Below, piece after piece: positions 1 to 9,323 of a stretch of 64,000 bases of DNA. Location: contig MFQC01000008.1 in the NCBI GenBank assembly GCA_001784285.1, forward strand, positions 90,599 through 154,598, given 5' to 3'. The notes beneath the pieces are model-generated. The model was given only the letters and a program-made list of their open reading frames with translations. It was not told the origin of the DNA and did not search any database. Within the stretch, counting starts at the first letter, position 1. Each line of letters starts with the position of its first letter. Made by a program: the position numbers and the translations under genes. The DNA is from Candidatus Magasanikbacteria bacterium RIFCSPHIGHO2_02_FULL_48_18. Lineage in GTDB: Bacteria > Patescibacteriota > Patescibacteriia > Magasanikbacterales > UBA922.

Positions 1-224
1 CATGGTAATCCCGAGCCAATTCTTCGCTCATGAAAAGAGCAGGCTTGCCTGCCAAAGCAGAGCGAAGGCAGGTGTAGAGACTTAATGGTAGACACCCTCA
101 TCCACCACAGGCGGACGGGTGAAGAGAAAGTCCAGACCACAAATTCCAACCAAATTGGAAGCAACGAAAGTTGTAGTGGTACGCATAACCCGAAGGTCGC
201 CGGTTCGAATCCGGCCCCCGCAAC
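1..224 (+). ncRNA. ssrA: Probable 3' portion of tmRNA (ssrA); the 5' part lies outside the window
   Basis: A tRNA-like T-arm GGTTCGAATCC followed by acceptor 3' strand CCCCCGC and discriminator A ends at ~224. No complementary 5' acceptor (GCGGGGG) occurs within ~90 nt upstream, so this is not a canonical tRNA. The arrangement resembles a tmRNA 3' terminus. A tag reading frame could not be assigned confidently. Confidence 0.4.
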
Positions 225-225
225 A

Positions 226-257
226 AAAATCCCCCGGCCGGGGGATTTTTTTTAAGA
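226..257 (+). terminator. Rho-independent terminator hairpin (CCCCCGGCCGGGGG plus T-run)
   Basis: Perfect GC-rich palindrome AAAAATCCCCCGGCCGGGGGATTTTTTTT. A near-identical hairpin occurs at 9296-9322 next to the tRNA cluster. Confidence 0.7.
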
Positions 258-387
258 AAAATTTCCAATATTGTCTAATCACTAAACACTATTGGGAATC
301 ACGGAACCTGCTTGTACCTCTGAAAAAAACAAGTTCCGTTTTCCCTCCTTTCATAGGCAAACCTCCTTTCCGGCCGTGGACCGGAGC

Positions 388-873
388 TTAACTTTCTGAC
401 TCTTCCTCGAAAATCACCCTCAAGAAGATGGTTGGATTCGCCTCTGTCGTCTGGCTGGCGGGGAGACTCTCGATCGCCACCCGCCCCCGAATGAACAGGG
501 GGGTGGCTTGGTCGGCCGTAATGACGGCCAGCCCCAGGAGCCGGTTGATCTCACTTCCCAGCTCCTCCAACGACCGGATGTCGGAACCGATGCCGGCCCA
601 TGTTCGGATGTTGACGTGGGTGCCACAGGTACAACACACCTCAACATCAACCCCCATCCCCTCGTTGCTGAGTCTGGAAGCGCGGACATTGGCCACGAAG
701 CACAACCACTCGTCACCATCCACGATCCCTACCCTCACCATTTCAGCTCCCGCCCGCAAGGCGTCGGCCTTCGTCGGAATCCCCCGCACATCCTGCGTCA
801 CCCGCAAGATGGCGGTCCCGTCCCCTTGAATGACCAATCCCAATTTATTCACTTTTACCTCCTCAGTTGTCAT
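388..873 (-). CDS. Hypothetical protein (161 aa), GC-rich islet gene
   Basis: Long ORF with protein-like composition. Local GC (~58-60%) is well above the window background. No family recognised from sequence alone. Confidence 0.5.
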   Translation of the reverse strand: MTTEEVKVNKLGLVIQGDGTAILRVTQDVRGIPTKADALRAGAEMVRVGIVDGDEWLCFVANVRASRLSNEGMGVDVEVCCTCGTHVNIRTWAGIGSDIRSLEELGSEINRLLGLAVITADQATPLFIRGRVAIESLPASQTTEANPTIFLRVIFEEESES

Positions 874-880
874 CGCCCCC

Positions 881-1351
881 CTAAATAGAATCGGTCTTCG
901 GCCGCCGACGCGATCTGGTCTGTTCCAGCAGACGCCGGCCCTCGACCTTGAGCCCCAGTGTCTCGGCCGAGGTTACCAGATGCAACTCAGCGGCCATGTC
1001 GACGTGCCAGTCGACTTCGGTCACCGTCCGGAGGTTCATCCTATTCTTTTGACCGAGAACGGTCAAACAGATCCCGCCGCCTTCTTGATTGCGGGAGAGT
1101 GCCGGAGCCAGATCGCCGTCTGGCATGGACGATGCCCGCACCTCTCGGACAAAATTCCGCCAGGCCGCCATGTCGAAGTCCTTGGCGACGATGGCGACCG
1201 CCGCTTGAAAAATCAATTCCGCCTTAGTCCGGCACACCGAACCGACTTCGAGAATCTCATAACGCCCAAGGGGCACTTCGAGATCCTCCATAAAATGGAT
1301 GATTCTTTTGGCCATGAAAATCCTCCATTTTTTTCGGCCAAAACCAACCAA
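881..1351 (-). CDS. Hypothetical protein (~145-156 aa), GC-rich islet gene; start may be the internal MAKRII at 1315
   Basis: ORF adjacent to and co-directional with 388..873, separated by an 8-nt gap, with the same elevated GC. No recognisable family. Confidence 0.45.
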   Translation of the reverse strand: MVGFGRKKWRIFMAKRIIHFMEDLEVPLGRYEILEVGSVCRTKAELIFQAAVAIVAKDFDMAAWRNFVREVRASSMPDGDLAPALSRNQEGGGICLTVLGQKNRMNLRTVTEVDWHVDMAAELHLVTSAETLGLKVEGRRLLEQTRSRRRPKTDSI

Positions 1352-1510
1352 AAGCGCGCCTTTTTTGCGCCCAGGTCGGATGAACGATCATATAATGATG
1401 AGACGAAAAAGTCAAGGCAGGCCTGTAGGCAACATATCAACACCCTTTCTGGCAAAATTCTTTGGTTTTGTATATACTATTCCGGTACAGTAAATTACTG
1501 TATGGCAACA

Positions 1511-1541
1511 GCAAAAAACCAGCCCTTTCGGGATGGTTTTT
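1511..1541 (-). terminator. Terminator hairpin downstream of the ABC exporter gene
   Basis: On the minus strand the sequence reads CCATCCCGAAAGGGCTGG followed by a T-run, immediately after the stop at 1562. Confidence 0.5.
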
Positions 1542-1561
1542 TGATTTCTTTAGCATTTTGT

Positions 1562-3370
1562 CTATAAAATACGCCGTTTTACCTTGCTATGGTATTTTTT
1601 CCATAATTCCTGAAATTCCATAGATGTCTGGAGAAGATATTCCAAAGAACCGGATGCAATAATTTTTCCTTTGTCAAAAAAATAAATGGTATCAAACAAC
1701 GAAAGCAAATGCAGGCGATGAATGGACGACACAATGACTTTGTCTTCAAACGTTTGAAAGATATTTTTATAAATCGCCAATTCGTTTCGTGAATCCACAC
1801 TGCTCGTGGGCTCGTCAAGAAGCACAATGGATTTATCTTCCGACGCCAATAGGCCGCGGGCGAGCGCCAGCCGCTGTTTTTCTCCGCCGCTCAAGTTAAC
1901 CCCCTTTTCCACAATGGACGAATCAAATTTTTTTGGCAGGCGGCTCACTACATCGGTAAACCGCGCCATGTCGGTATACCGCGTTATTTTTTTTATTGTA
2001 TGGTCCACTCCAATCGTGATATTTTCTTTGATCGTGGTTGCAAAAATTTCCGGATCTTGGGGGATAAGCGCGATTTCCGAGCTGATGGATTCAAACCCGT
2101 GTTTGAGCGGCGCGTCATCCAAGAACAATTCGATATGGTTTGGCTTGTAGAGCCCGCGCAGTATTTTCAATAAAGTGGTCTTGCCGCTTCCGCTTGCGCC
2201 AATGAGCGCGATCCGCTCTCCGTTTTGAATGGAAAAAGAAATGCCATCCAGATGAAGATCGGCGCCGTCTTCTTTGTGATACGAAAAACGAAGATTCTTC
2301 ACGGAAAGCGCGCGCCATTCTCGACGCAAAGACACTTGCTTGACGGTTTTCTTGTTCTTAAATTCTTGCGTCAATTCTTCGGCGTTCATGACCGCGGTTT
2401 TTTGCTGGACAATGTCGCTATACATAAACGCAAACCGGTAAAACAGATCGCTGATTTTTTGCACATATCCATAAAGCGCGTAGATAATGCCAATCGCGAC
2501 TACGCCGCCAACCGACACGGTTTGATACATGTAAGAAAACAATACCAATACAATCATGCCCGTGCTACACATGGTAACCAAAAACCATTTCCATTCATTG
2601 ATCTTGCTGTTTTTTACAAAAAGCGGAAGCGGGGCAAAAATTTTTTTGACAATGGTTTTTGAAATCAACCCTTCCACGCGAAGAATAATAACAGTCGTGA
2701 TATTGCTGATAGTATCGTACACTTTTTCCGCGATGCCATTTTCGGCGCGAAACAACTTTTCATATTGCGGAACCAGTATTTTGTCAAACCCCAAAATAAC
2801 AAACGCGGTAATAAACACCAGGCCAAACACAATAAAAAGAGATGGCGGATGAAAGTACGCCAGCGCCACGCCCGAGCCAACCAAACGAACCACCGCTTCA
2901 ATAACCATGAACGAATCGGAAGAAAACTGATACAGCGCTTTGGTTCCTTTTTCTATTTTATCAATCGTATCCCCTGAATGATGATCGGTATGCCATTCGA
3001 CCGGAAGAGCCATGACCCCATCGATGAGGTATTGTTGATACTGCGCACGGACGATAAATGCGTTTCGAGTTTCGATCACGCGAGCCGGCCCATGAAACAC
3101 CCAAAATCCGATATTCACCGCAATAATAAGGAGAAGTAATGCAATAATAAAACGCAGATTCTCCGCATGAACTCCCTGGCGCTGGATGGTATTTAAGAGC
3201 CACGCGATAACCAGCGTTTCGGCGAGCATGATGATATTGGCAATCGCAAATAAAACAAAATATAACACGACCTGCGCGCGGTTGCCTTTGGAGTATTCCC
3301 ATGTTTTTTTGGGAAGAAAAATAAGCGGCGTATCGCGAAATGGCATAGAAATCACCCACAAGTATACCAT
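1562..3370 (-). CDS. ABC transporter, fused permease/ATP-binding exporter (MsbA/ABCB-like)
   Basis: An N-terminal 6-TM domain is followed by a nucleotide-binding domain with Walker A GASGSGKTT, ABC signature LSGGEKQRLALARGL and Walker B LLDEPTSSVD. Confidence 0.9.
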   Translation of the reverse strand: MVYLWVISMPFRDTPLIFLPKKTWEYSKGNRAQVVLYFVLFAIANIIMLAETLVIAWLLNTIQRQGVHAENLRFIIALLLLIIAVNIGFWVFHGPARVIETRNAFIVRAQYQQYLIDGVMALPVEWHTDHHSGDTIDKIEKGTKALYQFSSDSFMVIEAVVRLVGSGVALAYFHPPSLFIVFGLVFITAFVILGFDKILVPQYEKLFRAENGIAEKVYDTISNITTVIILRVEGLISKTIVKKIFAPLPLFVKNSKINEWKWFLVTMCSTGMIVLVLFSYMYQTVSVGGVVAIGIIYALYGYVQKISDLFYRFAFMYSDIVQQKTAVMNAEELTQEFKNKKTVKQVSLRREWRALSVKNLRFSYHKEDGADLHLDGISFSIQNGERIALIGASGSGKTTLLKILRGLYKPNHIELFLDDAPLKHGFESISSEIALIPQDPEIFATTIKENITIGVDHTIKKITRYTDMARFTDVVSRLPKKFDSSIVEKGVNLSGGEKQRLALARGLLASEDKSIVLLDEPTSSVDSRNELAIYKNIFQTFEDKVIVSSIHRLHLLSLFDTIYFFDKGKIIASGSLEYLLQTSMEFQELWKKYHSKVKRRIL

Positions 3371-3477
3371 TTTTCTTTCGTTTTGATATGATCCGTTATC
3401 CGGTAATGCCGCTTTTGCATCATTGATATGCCTTCCTCACCGTCTCGCAATGATGTACGCAAAAAGATACACACAAA

Positions 3478-3503
3478 AAAGAGTCCATCATGGACTCTTT
3501 TTA
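3478..3503 (-). terminator. Terminator hairpin after the major pilin gene
   Basis: AGAGTCCATCATGGACTCT palindrome flanked by A/T runs, just downstream of the pilin stop (3522). Confidence 0.6.
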
Positions 3504-3521
3504 TTTTTCTTTCAGAATATT

Positions 3522-3989
3522 TTATCTTGACACGCTAATTGCCGAACCGCCCTCAGGGTCGCACGCGCCAATGGTAATTGCGCCGGCTGATGACTTGGTG
3601 ATGTAATAATCTGTTTTGGCATCTGTGCCGGTGCTTGGGTCTTTCGGTATCGCCGCAATGTAGCCTTCGGTCACCAAACCGCTTAAATCGGCACATGCCG
3701 CTTGGGTGGTTTTTGCCGTACAGCCGGAATCTCCGCCGGTTGCACACGTTCCGATGGTATAGTTGGATGCGGCGGTGAGCGCCGTGATTGAGGCAAGATA
3801 ACTGCCGCCATTATCCACCTGATCTACTTTGGTCGCGTCTAAGACCGATGTGACATCCGACCATCTGGTTGAATCCCGCGCTTCTTGAAACCGCGAAAGC
3901 GGATCCAAGGCAACAAAGACAACGCCAGCGAGAATTGCAATGATCGCGATCACGATCAGAAGCTCGATGAGCGTAAAACCTTTCTTCAT
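3522..3989 (-). CDS. Type IV pilin (prepilin-type N-terminal cleavage/methylation domain), probable major pilin
   Basis: N-terminus MKKGFTLIELLIVIAIIAILAGV carries the class III signal motif G-F-T-L-I-E. It is 155 aa long with C-terminal cysteines. Confidence 0.9.
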   Translation of the reverse strand: MKKGFTLIELLIVIAIIAILAGVVFVALDPLSRFQEARDSTRWSDVTSVLDATKVDQVDNGGSYLASITALTAASNYTIGTCATGGDSGCTAKTTQAACADLSGLVTEGYIAAIPKDPSTGTDAKTDYYITKSSAGAITIGACDPEGGSAISVSR

Positions 3990-4060
3990 AACACGTGCAG
4001 ATTAAAAATGAATGTATAAACGCATCTACTATAGCAAAAATATCCTATTCTGGATATTTG

Positions 4061-4069
4061 TTATCCACA
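4061..4069. promoter_or_regulatory. Consensus DnaA box TTATCCACA in the pilin promoter region
   Basis: Exact 9-mer match to the DnaA box consensus, 72 bp upstream of the pilin start. Its functional relevance is unknown. Confidence 0.3.
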
Positions 4070-4076
4070 GATCCTT

Positions 4077-4484
4077 TCATGGCTCTCCCCAGTCGGTAAT
4101 AGCCCACGGGGACAGCGTCACCATAATTGTGACCTCGCGAGTAAACTGTTTCAATGTTCCTATGATTTGAATCGTTCGTATATTGTCACTGCCGCTGACC
4201 GCGATTGTACAATTTCCTTCTCCCAGGACAATGGTTGCGCCCGCATATGCTGTGTCGCGTTTTAATTGAATCAATGCTTCTTGAACACAACTTTCCATGT
4301 GAAATTCCGTCTGTATTCCGGTAAAGGCAATATCGCGCTGATTGAGATGAGTCAGCGTGCTTAATGCAACGCCAATGAGCACAACCGAAATGACCCCTGC
4401 CAAAATAATGACGGCAATCACCATGATAAACCCGCTATTGGATGCGCAGGGTTGCCGAGGTGACGAATGTTTTTTCAGCTTCAT
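4077..4484 (-). CDS. Pseudopilin/minor pilin-like protein (start uncertain: M at 4484 or 4424)
   Basis: A hydrophobic N-terminal segment SGFIMVIAVIILAGVISVVLIGV resembles a prepilin signal but lacks Glu5. It sits inside the pilin cluster. The 5' end of the annotated ORF overlaps the neighbouring gene in another frame. Confidence 0.55.
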   Translation of the reverse strand: MKLKKHSSPRQPCASNSGFIMVIAVIILAGVISVVLIGVALSTLTHLNQRDIAFTGIQTEFHMESCVQEALIQLKRDTAYAGATIVLGEGNCTIAVSGSDNIRTIQIIGTLKQFTREVTIMVTLSPWAITDWGEP

Positions 4485-4989
4485 AAAAAACGGAATTACT
4501 TGGGTTGGCTGCTTCAAGATGAAGCGTGATCTGAACGGTAGGAAGCGTATCTGATGTGAGATTGGCGAGAATGAAACTGGCCACATGAACGCGGTCGCTT
4601 GTGATATCAATGGGAGTGGCGCTCCCGTGCTGGAGTCTCAATTTGGTTATCGGCACGATTGTTTCGCCAAGAGCGACCGACGTCTGATAGGTATCAATAG
4701 TGACGGTCGGGTTGGTATTCGATGTCAGCACAAGTTTTCCGGGATCTGTGCCATATATGGTGTCGCTTCCAATGGTACTGGCGCGTCGCGTATAGTAGAG
4801 CATTTGTTCCAAGGCAAAATTGCCACTGTTGTTCACCTCCATAAGCGCCGCTTGTTTGGCGCGGTTGTGGAGAATGCTCCAGGTGAATGATAGGAGCGAA
4901 ACCAAAACCATCGTCGTCATGCCAATGTAGATAACAAATTCAAGAAGGGTGAATCCCGCTCTTTTGGAGGATACAAAACAGACTTTCAT
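4435..4989 (-). CDS. Prepilin-type N-terminal cleavage/methylation domain protein (pseudopilin)
   Basis: Contains KRAGFTLLEFVIYIGMTTMVLVSLL, a canonical G-F-T-L-L-E motif. Confidence 0.8.
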   Translation of the reverse strand: MKVCFVSSKRAGFTLLEFVIYIGMTTMVLVSLLSFTWSILHNRAKQAALMEVNNSGNFALEQMLYYTRRASTIGSDTIYGTDPGKLVLTSNTNPTVTIDTYQTSVALGETIVPITKLRLQHGSATPIDITSDRVHVASFILANLTSDTLPTVQITLHLEAANPSNSVFYEAEKTFVTSATLRIQ

Positions 4990-4995
4990 AAAAAA

Positions 4996-5871
4996 TTAGG
5001 GCACAAACGGCGGGGTGGTTACCTCGGTCGTTGAAGAGCCGTCAATCATGGTCGCCGTGATAGTAAATGTCGCGCCGTCCACCTTTTCGTCAAAGCGAAA
5101 AACATCGATGTCGTATGATTCTTCGGGTTCTAAAACCAAATCAACAAGGTCGAGTTCTGTGCCGGATGGCTGTTCTCCTTGCGGCGAGCCCGTTCCATTG
5201 GAAGAGTGCCAATAATTCGTTCCTTCGATTTTGATATAGCCAATCTCTCCGGGCTTTGTCCACGTGAGTGTCATGGTATCAAGTGTAATTGACGAGCTGT
5301 CATTATTCGTAAGGACCACTCCGACTAATGATTTTTTCGTTGCGTCAATGCTCGCAAGTGAAATGTCTATATCCAAATTACTCGCTTGGCCGGTTTCTCC
5401 GCATGCGCCAGGAGTCTTCCAGTCGGTAAAATAGGCGCCAACCTCACGGCTTTTGTTTTGTCCTCCTTCTGTCCAGCTGATTGTCGTCGTCACATGCATG
5501 GTTGACGGGTCGGCCGTTCCTTGGCCGGTTTGCACAAGAGCGCAGTTGGCGTCCCGCTCTGTCCCGTCAATTGTAACAGTCCGCAGGTATGTTCCATTGA
5601 TGCTGTCCGGCGACGGTTGCATCTGCCATGCGCCTCCCTGGCTTGTGAGCCCAAATGTGCCGATTGTCATCGCATTCCAATTCGTGCTCGCGATGCTTTG
5701 CATGGCCTCAAGGCTTTCTGTGAGAATCAATTCAACGTCAGTGAGCTCTTGAGCTGAACGAAAAGTCTGCAAAGAGCGGCCAGAAAGAAGGATGGCGCCG
5801 CTCAAAAAAGCAAAAAAGATGGCGAGCGCCAATATAACTTCAATGAGTTGCTGTCCGCGAGAAAACAACAT
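4996..5871 (-). CDS. Large pseudopilin-like protein (291 aa) with a Thr/Ser/Gly-rich C-terminal domain
   Basis: N-terminus RGQQLIEVILALAIFFAFL is a prepilin-like motif with Glu at +5. The remainder is T/S/G-rich. Confidence 0.7.
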   Translation of the reverse strand: MLFSRGQQLIEVILALAIFFAFLSGAILLSGRSLQTFRSAQELTDVELILTESLEAMQSIASTNWNAMTIGTFGLTSQGGAWQMQPSPDSINGTYLRTVTIDGTERDANCALVQTGQGTADPSTMHVTTTISWTEGGQNKSREVGAYFTDWKTPGACGETGQASNLDIDISLASIDATKKSLVGVVLTNNDSSSITLDTMTLTWTKPGEIGYIKIEGTNYWHSSNGTGSPQGEQPSGTELDLVDLVLEPEESYDIDVFRFDEKVDGATFTITATMIDGSSTTEVTTPPFVP

Positions 5872-5984
5872 ATTGCGAATGTCTAATTTCTAATGCCTAA
5901 TATCTAATGCCTAATTTCTAATGTCTAACCTTGTTATTTCTTAAATTCTGATTAATTTAGAAATTAGACATTAGGCATTAGTAA
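5872..5984. repeat. Intergenic CTAAT-unit tandem repeats forming a long imperfect inverted repeat
   Basis: GTCTAATTTCTAATGCCTAATATCTAATGCCTAATTTCTAATGTCTAA, then a ~27-nt spacer, then TTTAGAAATTAGACATTAGGCATTAG, which is the reverse complement of the left-arm units. Confidence 0.7.
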
Positions 5985-6422
5985 TTATTCAATCAGTCCT
6001 TGTTCATTTATAGTGATCGTTTCCGTTTGATTTGTTGCGCTGTTCAAAAGAGTAATGGCGCCTGTGGCAGACGGCAGACCGGTTGAGGTGGCAAAGGTGA
6101 TCTCTGTATTTGCGGTAAACGTAATGGTATCGGGGAGCGTAAAAAGATTGTCTTCTGCGACGACGCGGGTGGCATAGGTATTGCCTTGAAATACGGTATA
6201 TGAAGAATCTTGCATATACACGCCGAAACGACTATTGTGCGCCCCGTATCTTGCTTTTGTCTCAGCTAATCGCAGTTGTTCCACAATGTCTGCTTTGCTC
6301 GAATCAAGCATGCTCACCCGCAAGAGAGCGTCATACAATGGTATGGACACGGACAAAAGGATAATGCCGAGTGCAATGACGACAATAACTTCAATCAAGG
6401 TAAACCCGGGCCGTGCGGTCAT
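5985..6422 (-). CDS. Prepilin-type pseudopilin (start taken at MTARPGFTLIEV)
   Basis: RPGFTLIEVIVVIALGIILL is a canonical prepilin cleavage/methylation motif. Confidence 0.8.
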   Translation of the reverse strand: MTARPGFTLIEVIVVIALGIILLSVSIPLYDALLRVSMLDSSKADIVEQLRLAETKARYGAHNSRFGVYMQDSSYTVFQGNTYATRVVAEDNLFTLPDTITFTANTEITFATSTGLPSATGAITLLNSATNQTETITINEQGLIE

Positions 6423-6435
6423 AGGGCAACTGCAT

Positions 6436-7548
6436 TTACCGATGAAACTGACCGGTAATAGAATAGAGCGGCGTAATAATGGATAAAGCCAAAAAACCGA
6501 CGAGAAGGCCGATAGCAACCAACAGGATGGGCTCGAGAATTGTTGCCAAATTTTTTGTGATGGAATCCACCTCGTCTTCGTGGATGGTGGAACAAAATTC
6601 GAGCGAGTGGCTCAACGTTCCTGATGATTCGCCAACACTGATAATTTGGATATCGGTCGGGGGAAAAAGATGAGTATTTTGCCGCAATGTATCGGTGAGC
6701 GAGTCGCCGGCTTTGATTTTTTGGTACACGAATTCCAAAAATTTTTTATAACGGATATTATGTATTGTTTTGGCGCAGATAGAGATGCTTTCATCAATGG
6801 TAAGCCCGCTTTTCAAGAGCAGGCTCAATGTCCGGCAAATAAGCGTCAAATTGAGATGGATGGAAATTGATGAAATAATAGGCGTATGAAGGATGACCCA
6901 GTGCGTTAGCGGACGAAGACGCTCTCGGCGCAGGGTCCATACAAGAGCAACAGACCCGCCAACGACCAAAAATGCCGCAAGGATGCCATGCGTCTGAAAA
7001 AAGGTTGAAACGGAAATAAGGACTCGCGTCGTGAGGGGCAATTCCACTTTAAAATTTTGAAATAATTTTGCGACCTTCGGGAGCACGAACAGCGCAATAC
7101 CAAGACTCAAGATAATGCCGCCGATACAGACAATGCTCGGGTAAATGAGCGCGCCGATGACTTTCTTTTTTAATTCGTAATTTTTTTCCAATTGTCGCCC
7201 CAAATGTTCAAGATTCTGATCCAATTTTCCTGATTCTTCGCCGATGGCGATCATGTTCGTGTAAATATCAGAAAATGCCTTTTTGTGCCTGCGGAGCGCT
7301 TCGCTCAATTTTTGTCCGGTATTGATTGATTGGTACACGTCATCAAGAATAAAGCGCAATCTGCCTTTCACTTGTGTTTTGAGTACGGCGAGAGCCTCGG
7401 GAAGGGTGGAGCCGGACTGCAACATGATCGAAAGATTTTTGGTAAAAAAAAGAATTTGTTTCTGAGGAACTCTTCCTATATACAAAAAACGCTTCCAATC
7501 TTTCTTTGGGGGGAGAGGAGCAGGTTGTATCGCAGGGGATCGGCGCAT
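6436..7548 (-). CDS. pilC: Type IV pilus assembly platform protein PilC (GspF family)
   Basis: ~370-aa polytopic protein with two GspF-like repeats, located next to the PilB ATPase. Confidence 0.85.
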   Translation of the reverse strand: MRRSPAIQPAPLPPKKDWKRFLYIGRVPQKQILFFTKNLSIMLQSGSTLPEALAVLKTQVKGRLRFILDDVYQSINTGQKLSEALRRHKKAFSDIYTNMIAIGEESGKLDQNLEHLGRQLEKNYELKKKVIGALIYPSIVCIGGIILSLGIALFVLPKVAKLFQNFKVELPLTTRVLISVSTFFQTHGILAAFLVVGGSVALVWTLRRERLRPLTHWVILHTPIISSISIHLNLTLICRTLSLLLKSGLTIDESISICAKTIHNIRYKKFLEFVYQKIKAGDSLTDTLRQNTHLFPPTDIQIISVGESSGTLSHSLEFCSTIHEDEVDSITKNLATILEPILLVAIGLLVGFLALSIITPLYSITGQFHR

Positions 7549-7551
7549 AGG

Positions 7552-9240
7552 CTATTCTTTTGATACGCGAAGTATCTCCTCAATGGTGGTCATCCCTTTG
7601 AGCACTTTTTGGATCCCGTCTTCAATCATGGTAATCATTCCTTGCTCGAGCGCTTTTTGTTTGATGCGAGCCGCATTGGCTTGATCCATAACCAGTTCCT
7701 TAATTTCATTGGTCATTTCCAAAATTTCAAAAATGCCTTTGCGCCCCTTAAAACCGGTGTCTTGGCACTCGGCGCACCCCTTTCCATGGTACAGGGTAAG
7801 CGATGATGAATCGAGCGCGTATGTTTTGATGAGGGAAGCCGGCAATTGTTTTTTGATGATTGCAATTTGCTCATCAGTCACCGTACCGCTGGTCTTGCAT
7901 TTTTCACAAATGATGCGCACAAGACGCTGTGCGATGGCAAGGTTAATGGTAGAGGCAACCAAAAATGGCTGAACCCCCATGTCCATGAGACGCGGGAGGG
8001 TCGTGGCCGCATCATTGGTGTGGAGCGTCGAAAGGACGAGGTGTCCCGTCATGGCTGAATTCACCGCAATTTTGGCGGTTTCTTCGTCGCGAATTTCTCC
8101 CACCATAATAATATTTGGGTCTTGACGGACAATAGCGCGCAACCCCGCCTCAAAGGTAAGATTTGTTTTGGGATTCACTTGAATTTGGTTGACCCGATCC
8201 ATATCATACTCGACCGGGTCTTCAATCGTAGAAATATTCACTTCACGGGTGTTCAATTTTTTAATTATGGCATACAGCGTTGTCGTTTTTCCAGAACCGG
8301 TTGGCCCAGTTGCCAAAATCATTCCCCAGGGTTTTTCGATATTTGTCTTGATTTTTTCAAAATCCTCTGGTCGGAAGCCTAAATTTTCCAAGTCGTGTTG
8401 GCGAGATTTCTCCGAAAGAAGCCGCAATACCACCTTTTCCCCGTTTATGACAGGCACAATCGAAACACGCACGTCGACGTTTTCATCGCCAAAAGCAAAT
8501 TTTAATTTTCCATCCTGGGCCGCGCGGTGTTCATCGGTTCGCAATCGTGAAAGAATTTTGAGACGAGTAATAATGAGCGTGTGGAGGTATTTGGGAATAA
8601 CAATAATATCGTGGAGCATCCCATCAATGCGGAACCGAATAAGTGTTTGTTTTTCGTATGGTTCAATATGGATGTCCGAGGACTTATTCGCGTACCCCAG
8701 CTCCAATAACTTATCCACAATTTTGATAATCGGCAGATCTTCAGCCCGGGCGATAAGATCTTCTCCTTGAATGATATCATTAATCAATTTAGCGAAATCC
8801 TGTGAGTCGGTGCTATGCAACGATTGTAGCACCCGATGGATGCTGTCCGCATCCGCAAAATACAGAATGACCTGGTCGTCCAGGCGTTTTGTGATTGCCT
8901 TCAGGCATTCGTCGTCAGTGGGATTGTCGGTCGCCACATGAAAGCCCTTTTTGTCTCGCATAAACACAACGGCTGTATTGTTATGTGAGACTATTTCGGG
9001 CAGTAATTGGACGATTGCCGGATCAATGGTGATGGCGCTTAAATCAACGTACTGAACTTTGAGGCTTTTTGCAATCAACTGGTTGAGATGTTCTTTTTCA
9101 ACGCCCCCTTCTTCTAAAACGAGAGAATAGAGGTCGGACTGTGTTTCTTCTACCGTTTTCATGAGTTCGACTAACTTTTTTTTCTTCACGATATCGTGCT
9201 CGAGCAAAATATCGCCAAGCGCATGAGGGGAGAGCGGCAT
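7552..9240 (-). CDS. pilB: Type IV pilus assembly ATPase PilB (GspE family)
   Basis: Walker A GPTGSGKTTTLYA, Asp and His boxes, a C-terminal tetracysteine CEKC...CAEC and N-terminal GSPII-like domains. Confidence 0.9.
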   Translation of the reverse strand: MPLSPHALGDILLEHDIVKKKKLVELMKTVEETQSDLYSLVLEEGGVEKEHLNQLIAKSLKVQYVDLSAITIDPAIVQLLPEIVSHNNTAVVFMRDKKGFHVATDNPTDDECLKAITKRLDDQVILYFADADSIHRVLQSLHSTDSQDFAKLINDIIQGEDLIARAEDLPIIKIVDKLLELGYANKSSDIHIEPYEKQTLIRFRIDGMLHDIIVIPKYLHTLIITRLKILSRLRTDEHRAAQDGKLKFAFGDENVDVRVSIVPVINGEKVVLRLLSEKSRQHDLENLGFRPEDFEKIKTNIEKPWGMILATGPTGSGKTTTLYAIIKKLNTREVNISTIEDPVEYDMDRVNQIQVNPKTNLTFEAGLRAIVRQDPNIIMVGEIRDEETAKIAVNSAMTGHLVLSTLHTNDAATTLPRLMDMGVQPFLVASTINLAIAQRLVRIICEKCKTSGTVTDEQIAIIKKQLPASLIKTYALDSSSLTLYHGKGCAECQDTGFKGRKGIFEILEMTNEIKELVMDQANAARIKQKALEQGMITMIEDGIQKVLKGMTTIEEILRVSKE

Positions 9241-9323
9241 AATGACGATTCAAAAATTATATATAGTGTACCAAAAAAAAACGCAACAGGAAAGTAAAAA
9301 ATCCCCCGGCCGGGAGATTTTTA

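Noticed and set aside
82-391. ORFs 82..282 (minus) and 119..391 (plus)
   Set aside because: They overlap the tRNA-like T-arm/acceptor (probable tmRNA 3' end) and its terminator hairpin. Their translations are low-complexity and basic.
5872-5984. CRISPR array interpretation of the CTAAT repeats
   Set aside because: Repeat units are 6-8 nt with no spacers of CRISPR size and no cas genes. It is an inverted-repeat simple-sequence element.
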